A DNA stretch of 64,000 bases from NCBI GenBank assembly GCA_012295275.1, contig CM022676.1:15376001-15440000 (forward strand). The letters run 5' to 3'. This DNA is from Chrysomallon squamiferum. Lineage: Eukaryota; Animalia; Mollusca. The translations under genes were made by a program, and so were the position numbers. The notes under the pieces were generated by a model that worked only from the letters and a program-made list of their open reading frames with translations, had not been told where the DNA came from and searched no databases. Shown here one piece after another: positions 56,780-64,000 of the stretch. The number at the start of each line of letters is the position of its first letter. Within the stretch, counting starts at the first letter, position 1.

Positions 56780-57316
56780 TTACATTTTCAACACAATGAC
56801 CTTTGTGCTTAGACTTGTCAAACGCACACTGTGGTATTAACTCACTGTTCTTTGTTTCAGTGCAGTTTCAGAGTCCCTAATTAATGCTGAATCTTATTCA
56901 AATTTTAACGCATCATAACTGACACTGAATTATACGACTCTCTTCTGCTTTTTAGTAGTTTGCGCAGCACAGAAACATCAATTAAAATCGAACTGGTCTC
57001 AACTGATCTGATTTCATCTTGGAACGTATCAGTAAATACACATGACATAGAGTGCCTGAGAGATTCTTTGAGAAAGTTTGCTACAAAGTTCCCTTTTTCC
57101 ATTTTTTGTTGTTGTGTGATTACATTGACGGAGTTAACAGAACTCAGATTTGGTGATACAATCACATGAACCGACTTCCTGTTTTTCTTCTGCAATTCTG
57201 CTCTGATCCTGTCTCCCTTTCTTCTGTTTTCAACTGCTATGCGGTTTCTCACAGTGGCAGTGAGATTGAGGCTTTTTACCTTTTCCTTCAGTAGTTCGGG
57301 TGTAGCCATCTATGCT
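56780..57316 (-). pseudogene. Antisense intronic coiled-coil-like coding relic
   Basis: 134-codon non-repetitive ORF (56905-57309, ELLKEKVKSL...RIRAELQKK) starting just after a minus-strand ttttcAG. Its paralogue at ~54500-54790 is degenerate. Confidence 0.35.
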
Positions 57317-57784
57317 CTGAAAATATATACTTTAAGAAAAGTAATACCAGTATTCAATTATCTCTCAGAAAACATTAATTTATATTTTTGCAAAAACAGT
57401 TTTGTTATGTTATCTTCTTCTGCTTCTTATTTTTCTATTCTTTCTTCTTCTTCTTCTTATTCTTCTTCTTCTTCGTATTATTATTATTATTATTAGTAGT
57501 AGTAGTAGTAGTAGTATTGTTAGTAGTAGCAGTATTAGTAGCAGTAGTAGTAGTTGTGGTAGTAGTTTTAATAATAGTAGTAGTTGTAGCAATAATAGTA
57601 ATGGATGGCTGTTTTCATAAATGAGAGTGAACTAGTAGAATGAACATCAGTAGTATTGTAGCTGTCGTACTAGATATTAGAATTTGCTGTCATCGTGTTA
57701 TTTGTATGTGTATGTGTATGTATATGCATGTGCATGTATGTATATCTCTGTGTATGTGTATGCATCTATGTATGTATTTTTCAG

Positions 57785-57880
57785 GGTTTCAAACACCGGC
57801 TAGAAAGATTAACCTAACAGCAACAACAACAACAAAAGCAACAAGAACGTCTACTCTGTTAAATACATCCGAAACAACAA
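57785..57880 (+). CDS. Thr/Ser-rich (mucin-like) stalk exon
   Basis: tttttcAG|..FQTPARKINLTATTTTKATRTSTLLNTSETT|GTaatc; 96 nt, phase 1-1. An alternative phase 1 donor exists at 57899. Confidence 0.65.
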
Positions 57881-58406
57881 GTAATCGACCTACCCAATGT
57901 ATTTAAGTATCTGTCAGTCTTTCTATCGATTATCCATCACGTTATCTTTCTTTGTCTCTTTCTCTCTACATATACGTACATACACACCAGTTTACACACA
58001 TTTTATTGATACAAAAAACCTAAAGTAATAGTAAAATGAGCAAGTAATAAGTACACTTATACATACATATGCACATATATACACAAGCACGCTGACAAAC
58101 ATACACACATTATATACATACATCACTGGGTGCCAGCATGACTCTGAAGTTTTAGTTTCAAATTGATCTACTAGAACAAAATCTTGTAAATAATTTTCTA
58201 GTCTTACTTTGCATTTGTCCATTAATTTTACCTTTGAATCACTTTTTGGTTGTAGTTGTTATTCGTCTTCTTTCAGCTCTTGATGCTGTTCATAATCTTG
58301 TTCTTTTTGTCTGTCTTGTTTTAAAATGTACACTTTTTATTTCTTTTTTCTGATGTGATCAGTTTTTTCAGCGTCAACTGACCTGACTCTCTTTTTTGCC
58401 TACAAG

Positions 58407-58480
58407 GTCCACCGAGCATTTGTTCCAGTGTGAACGTACAAAGATTCAGCTCTTCCTCCATCTCAGTGTGTTGGACAGAG
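58407..58480 (+). pseudogene. Partial tandem duplicate of the 5' end of the FN3 exon, with intact acceptor
   Basis: cctacaAG|gtccaccg.. = PPSICSSVNVQRFSSSSISVCWTE versus PPNIPSNVNVQRISSSAISVSWTE. The frame runs on to TGA at 58595. Confidence 0.85.
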
Positions 58481-58641
58481 ACACATTCAAAGATATACAC
58501 ATATACAGAGAAACACATCCATACACACAAACAGGGACATGCTCAGACACGCAAACATATACACACACGCACATTGTTTTTCTTGTTGAAATGGTGATGT
58601 TTAACATCGTTTATTAGCTTGACTGTGTTTTTTCCTACAAG

Positions 58642-58941
58642 GTCCACCGAACATTCCTTCCAATGTGAACGTACAGAGAATCAGCTCTTCTGCCATCTCA
58701 GTGTCTTGGACAGAGGAATTTAACGGCGGCTTCGTGCAAACATTCATAGTACAGTACAGAGAAAACACGTCAACACAGTGGAACAACGTCACAGAGAAAT
58801 TTCTTGAACGTGGTCTACATACAACGCATACAACAGTAATAGCGCCTCTGAAATCAGACACGAAGTATGTTGTGAGGATTTTGGCTTACAACAAATACGG
58901 AGATAAAGGTTTTACAGATGAGAGATATATTTTGACAGCAG
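58642..58941 (+). CDS. Fibronectin type III domain (membrane-proximal)
   Basis: cctacaAG|..PPNIPSNVNVQRISSSAISVSWTEEFNGGFVQTFIVQYRE...LKSDTKYVVRILAYNKYGDKGFTDERYILTA|GTatgc; 300 nt, phase 1-1; canonical FN3 W, Y and L..Y..A.N..G residues. Confidence 0.95.
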
Positions 58942-59778
58942 GTATGCATATTAATAATAAGGTAAAATGTACGTTAGTACAGCTGTGCATATCATTTTAT
59001 TTGCTTCCAGTCGTAACAAGACTGGAAACACATATATGCTTTATTTTACCATTAACATTTATCAAATCATCAAATATTGTGTTATCTTTTATATTTGACA
59101 GAAATTAGTTTTTTATATATATATGAAATTATGGAGATGACTGAAGATAAAATAAAAAAAGTGTTTCCAGTTCGATACATTTAAAAACTGTCAACCGGTT
59201 TAGATAAAAACAAGGACAACACAATAATACATATGACATGTTTTTAAGTCGAACATTCCACTCACAAGATACTCACTAATATACTTGTGCAAAATACACT
59301 GAATCAACCATTCAGCCCTAGCTTCCGCACCAAGAGCAACAGATATGGGAACTCGCGACCAAACTTGTGTATTGTGTAGCAGACATTATCCATGACTAAA
59401 TAAGGCGCCTCATACCAATGTTCACCCCTGCACTATGGCGAGGTTCCGCTAAAAGCAGGGGTAGACGTTTGAAAACAAACAAAACAAACGATATAATTCT
59501 ACAAATAATAATAATGTTGATGCTGTGGCATTTACACATTTTTGTTTTTCTTTCAATTTTTTCATATACTGGTATTTCGTATACATAATTTTATCTGTAG
59601 CACCTATTCGAATGAAATCTTCTTTTTTTTGTTTTCTTTTTTTTCATGATTTATGTTTCTAATTTTGTGTTGTTGTTTTTTTCTTAATTGCTTGAAAATA
59701 AATGGGTTTGAATATAACCAGTTTATAGTACTTTTATTTATAGTACGTCTGTACTCAGTTTAACAAGTGTTGTTTCAG

Positions 59779-59886
59779 ATGACGTGTCTAATGAAAATTT
59801 CATAGCAGCGGCTGTTGGATCTGGATCAGGGATTCTCGTCTTAACCCTTCTTGTTGTCGCAACTATTTTCATATGTCGTAAAAAAG
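59779..59886 (+). CDS. Transmembrane exon
   Basis: ttcAG|..DVSNENFIAAAVGSGSGILVLTLLVVATIFICRKK|GTtcat; hydrophobic helix with GxxxG and a basic stop-transfer; 108 nt, phase 1-1. Confidence 0.9.
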
Positions 59887-60143
59887 GTTCATAATTTTGT
59901 TTCTTTGCTGTGTTATTTGTACTGTGCGAACACGAGTTTGAGTGCGTCTTCCTCTGTAAGTTTGTTCATGGCTATTCGTCTGTACATGTGCGTATATATA
60001 TATATGTGGGTGTGTGTGGTCGCGCACGTGCGAAAGACACAGAGAGATAGATCGTGAAATGATAATCAATAATACGATTATAATAATTATGTGCAGTTTC
60101 ATCATAATTATTATTATGATTATTATTATTATTATTATTATGA

Positions 60144-60211
<68 letters not shown>

Positions 60212-60280
60212 GTTATTATTATTCATAATAAAACAAAATAACAGATATTTTCTGACTTTTGTTTAAATCTTTGTTTTCAG

Positions 60281-60314
60281 GAAGTAGAAATGATGAACAT
60301 CACTATGAAACAAG
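60281..60314 (+). CDS. Cytoplasmic mini-exon 1 (HYET)
   Basis: ttttcAG|GSRNDEHHYET(R)|GTaatg; 34 nt, phase 1 to 2. Confidence 0.8.
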
Positions 60315-60559
60315 GTAATGCTAACTGATGGTACAGATGAATATATTTGTTTGTAACTGTGTTGATGCATGTATGTCCTCGTGCATAGCAGTCATTACAC
60401 ATTTCAGTCCTTACACAGGTGCATTTAGTATGCAAATGAAAGGTTAAGAGTCTCCTGATAAAACATCCTATCCTGTTTCATAGTAAATGATATTCTAACG
60501 TCAAAGGTTTAACTTTCCAATCAGTTATCTGTGTGTTGAAATGAAAACTTTGATTCCAA

Positions 60560-61340
60560 ATGACGTTCACAATTCAGAGGTTCTATAATCAGTGAATCTG
60601 TAACAGTAAGCAACTCCCGATTGATGTCAGAAATGTTTCTATCTGTTTAAATCTGGTTTATTGACGATCAAGGGAGAGTTGACACATCGCTGGTCTGGAT
60701 GTAGATTCTCACTCTCGAGGTAACACTGGGTCGTCGTTTACAGTCGTGTTAATGAACTTCTCCACTGTTTTCAGGGTATTTTATATCTGCATTTCATTAA
60801 TACATCTTTCTCTGAAGTGAGAAAACTGATCCAAGATGCGTTACATTAATCTCCGTGATGAACATATTCTGTGACGGTGATCTACGTGTAGGCAATCTTT
60901 ACATGATGTTTGCTGCTTTCAAACACGAAGTTTTACCATCCAGTTTTCTTTAAGATAGTGACCTAAGGGATTCATGGCTATTTAGATCCAGGTTTTCTAT
61001 TCAGACAACTCGTCTGATTTGTAGCTGAATTCAATGTCTTTAAACATCTCTGTAGAATTTATCCATTATTTTTGGCCATCTTTCTTGCAAAGAGTAAGTG
61101 TATTCTTTGTGCGTCTGTGTATGATATCTGTCTGTAAGTGTTTATGTTTGTTGTTTGTTTGTGTGTCGTGTTTTCACACAGAAAAATTCATCAGTGCGAG
61201 AAAGCGATATTCGAGAGAAAGATAACACACTACCCTGATTGTAATCATGGTGAAGAAAGATTGTTCACATTTATTACATCTAAAGCTATTCATATAAACA
61301 ATGAAGATACATGCGAGATAGTTTAATTAATTATCTGATG
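60560..61340 (-). pseudogene. Possible decayed B-box (TRIM-like) coding relic, antisense and intronic
   Basis: Minus-strand fragments FRCNKCEQ..RVVCY..KHKHL, LCKKDGQK/MDKFYRDV and SCKDCLHVDHRH resemble B-box Cys/His spacing. Many stops and frameshifts. Confidence 0.3.
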
Positions 61341-61513
61341 AAGTTTGCTTTAGGTTTGTGCATGTTTATATGTTAATATTTGTGTATTTTATGTTATTAC
61401 CCACCAATCCAAAGTTACATTTTACGGTAATTTCTTTTGAATTAACTTCAAAGTTTATTTTCTTTTATGTAATTGATTAATGTATGTGTTGTTGTTGTTA
61501 TTGTTTTTATTAA

Positions 61514-61558
<45 letters not shown>

Positions 61559-61665
61559 ATCACAGAAATCATTTGACCGTTAATTCTGAGCAGTCTGTTT
61601 GTAACTTTTACTATTAAAATTGAAAAATCAACTCATTTACAAATCTTGTCTCTTTCAAATCACAG

Positions 61666-61718
61666 AAATTTTTCAGAACAGCAGTCACCAACATACGAAA
61701 ATCTTGCTTCTGAACCGG
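61666..61718 (+). CDS. Cytoplasmic mini-exon 2 (TYENL)
   Basis: cacAG|..NFSEQQSPTYENLASEP|GTaagt; 53 nt, phase 2 to 1. Confidence 0.8.
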
Positions 61719-62321
61719 GTAAGTGTAACATTTTCTAAATGTTTATTCCAAGACACTTTACTTTACCAAAAGCGCTTTAAATTCTGCAGGTTCAATATGT
61801 ATTAAGTCTTCTGGCAAGGCAATCAGGAGAGAATGAAGGAAGTAATGAGTGGACAAATAAAGAAGGGGCATGAAACAGAAGGCCAAAAAATATTAAGAAA
61901 TAGTAAAGATATGAAAGGTTGTCATTTATATACTGGGCTAAAAGCGTCTAAGGTTATTTTGTATTACATGATTAACTAATAGAAATAAGTTTAATTGTCT
62001 CTAAATATATGCTAGTATGAAGTTCACATATTTCTATGATACATACAGAGTGTTTGTAAATTAATATTTCTCAGTATGACAACTTGTTTTATCAACACTA
62101 TATATTAATATTTGTCTGTGTGGCTGTAAATAGCAAACTGGTGATGCTACTCTGTCACTTTTCATATTTTTTTCTGTTTAATTCTGTATGCATCGTATTA
62201 TTTATGGTTTATCAATGTGGTTTTGTTTGACTGTTTCTTCTACGTTTAACTACTGATGTATGAATTATTATTTCTGAAACGTAACAAAACTATTTAAACA
62301 TGCCTTATTATTTCTGTGTAG

Positions 62322-62392
62322 GTAACAACCTAGAACAAAGTGGGTCAACTGAACATCATCCGTATGAAGTATTTGGTGTTGATGATAATTGA
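62322..62392 (+). CDS. Terminal coding exon (PYEVF, stop)
   Basis: gtgtAG|GNNLEQSGSTEHHPYEVFGVDDN-TGA; phase 1 start fits the previous exon. AT-rich UTR-like sequence follows, with AATAAA near 63009. Confidence 0.75.
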
Positions 62393-62714
62393 CCGAACGA
62401 TTGAAATATTCGTTACTAATGCATTTACTTAAAACTGCAACAAATAACTCATTTTAGTGTATGCACACGTACTTATATAACAGCTAAAATACATTTTATC
62501 GAAATATATGTATATATATATATTTGTTTTCATACAAGAACTTTACTAGACGTATTTCTCTTAAATGTGGTTTCATACTTGTATTATGTTTATATGAGAA
62601 CAATGTAATATGCAATGTATGTTTGTGTACTGTTTATGTTCTAAAATGTTGTGTTTTTCTTTGGATATTTAGAATTAACTGATACTATACAGCATAATTT
62701 TATTTGTAGGAAAT

Positions 62715-62850
62715 CTGTAAAACTGTAGTTAGACTGTCTAGTCAAATTCTGATTAATCTATGTCTAGTAAAATTGTGATTAAACTATGTTTTGTAAAATA
62801 CTAATTATCTGTATGCATTTACTTCTGAGTAAACTATGTTTAGTGAAAAC
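62715..62850. repeat. Degenerate 26-bp tandem repeat in the putative 3' UTR
   Basis: gtcaaattctgattaatctatgtcta / gtaaaattgtgattaaactatgtttt plus further partial units. Confidence 0.55.
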
Positions 62851-63016
62851 AACGCAGGCCTTTGATATTTTATGCCAACACATGCATTAATTATCTGCCT
62901 TGTTATCGTCTTGTGATGTGAACCCAGAAATTTTTAAAACGAAATTTACTTTAAAGCACACCAACATACTTATTGAACGTTTTATTATTTCTCGTCAAAA
63001 GAAAATACAATAAAAG

Positions 63017-63051
<35 letters not shown>

Positions 63052-63080
63052 GTACTACTACTAATAATACAACAACAAGA

Positions 63081-63126
<46 letters not shown>

Positions 63127-64000
63127 ATAATAATAATAATAAAACAAAATAAAAATAAGAAGTCAGTCATCAGCATTATAACTGATTTCTTTCAATTACT
63201 TACTACAACAGCTCTGTAATCACATTTGTCACATATACTTGCCTGTAGCAGTAATATGTCCTTACCATTTCAACAGCAGTCAAATTTACACCACTTTCTG
63301 CGCTTCTTATATCAGCTGTGTTTATCGCAAGACTGTCGTCTTTAAGTCGGTGCTATTTAAATATTAAGTTATCTATCAGACGCCAAAGACATCAACTAAA
63401 CACTGAATTATATCCGAAATTACTACAACCTGTAAACATAACTGTAACTGGTTGTAGCTGTGTTAAATCGCCAGTCTATACCAAAATATTCCATTTATTT
63501 ACTATAATCAGTTATACATTACACAAACATTCATATGTCATATTTGTCTACATACTAATATATGACTTCATGATTTAAAAAACCAATTAAGTGTGGTTTA
63601 TATATAATACTCTATAGATTTTAAGATAGCAAAGAGTGAAATTAAGAAGAAATAAGCTCACTGTATTAGTAATAATAAGAAAGTAAAATAAACAAAACAC
63701 TAACTATATGTAACTATTACAGTGAGTAATGATGTAGCGTTGTGTAAGTTTTCGTCAGTGTGTGTTGAAATATGTATCTGAATACAACATCTTGAATTAA
63801 AATATAACCATAACACATAACTACATAAACATCTATAACAAATAAACAAGTAAAATATAACTATAACACAAGAATGCACATGAAAAAATTCAAATGGAAG
63901 CAAGTGAACATATTATATATTTAAAATGTAGTTAAAGTCGGAGTTACATTATTGACAAGTATTTTATCTTTCTTTCAGCTTATATTTATTAATGTATTTA

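Noticed and set aside
59424-59462. Hairpin acccctgc...gcaggggt in a GC-richer patch of the FN3-TM intron
   Set aside because: Only an 8-bp stem with no tRNA, snoRNA or Pol III box pattern recognised; probably a repeat fragment.

Overview
AT-rich, microsatellite-laden animal genomic DNA. The domain styles suggest a mollusc, probably a gastropod; this is inference. The main content is a multi-exon + strand gene for a type I membrane receptor, reconstructed by hand from GT-AG sites and exon phases, at about 26.9-62.4 kb. Its order is: damaged leader exon, five group A SRCR domains (each split into 145 + 176 nt exons), two Cys-rich Ig-like exons, a Thr-rich stalk, FN3, a TM helix and three mini-exons each carrying a Tyr motif (about 983 aa from SRCR1 to stop). 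SRCR1-2 and SRCR4-5 come from a tandem duplication that also copied the leader exon; the second leader has lost its donor. SRCR4 has lost both cysteines of one disulfide. The second Ig exon has an in-frame TAG, so the locus may skip it, make a secreted form, or be a young pseudogene. Most of 1-19 kb consists of paralogous copies of this gene's own long intron, and these carry a multicopy decayed coding-like cassette. Mobile elements include a LINE RT relic, a Tigger-like MITE, a solo LTR, a Gmr1-like Gypsy relic and weak MADF and THAP relics. Possible antisense B-box/coiled-coil relics lie in the 3' introns. No rRNA, tRNA or CRISPR was seen. Boundaries of repeats are approximate.
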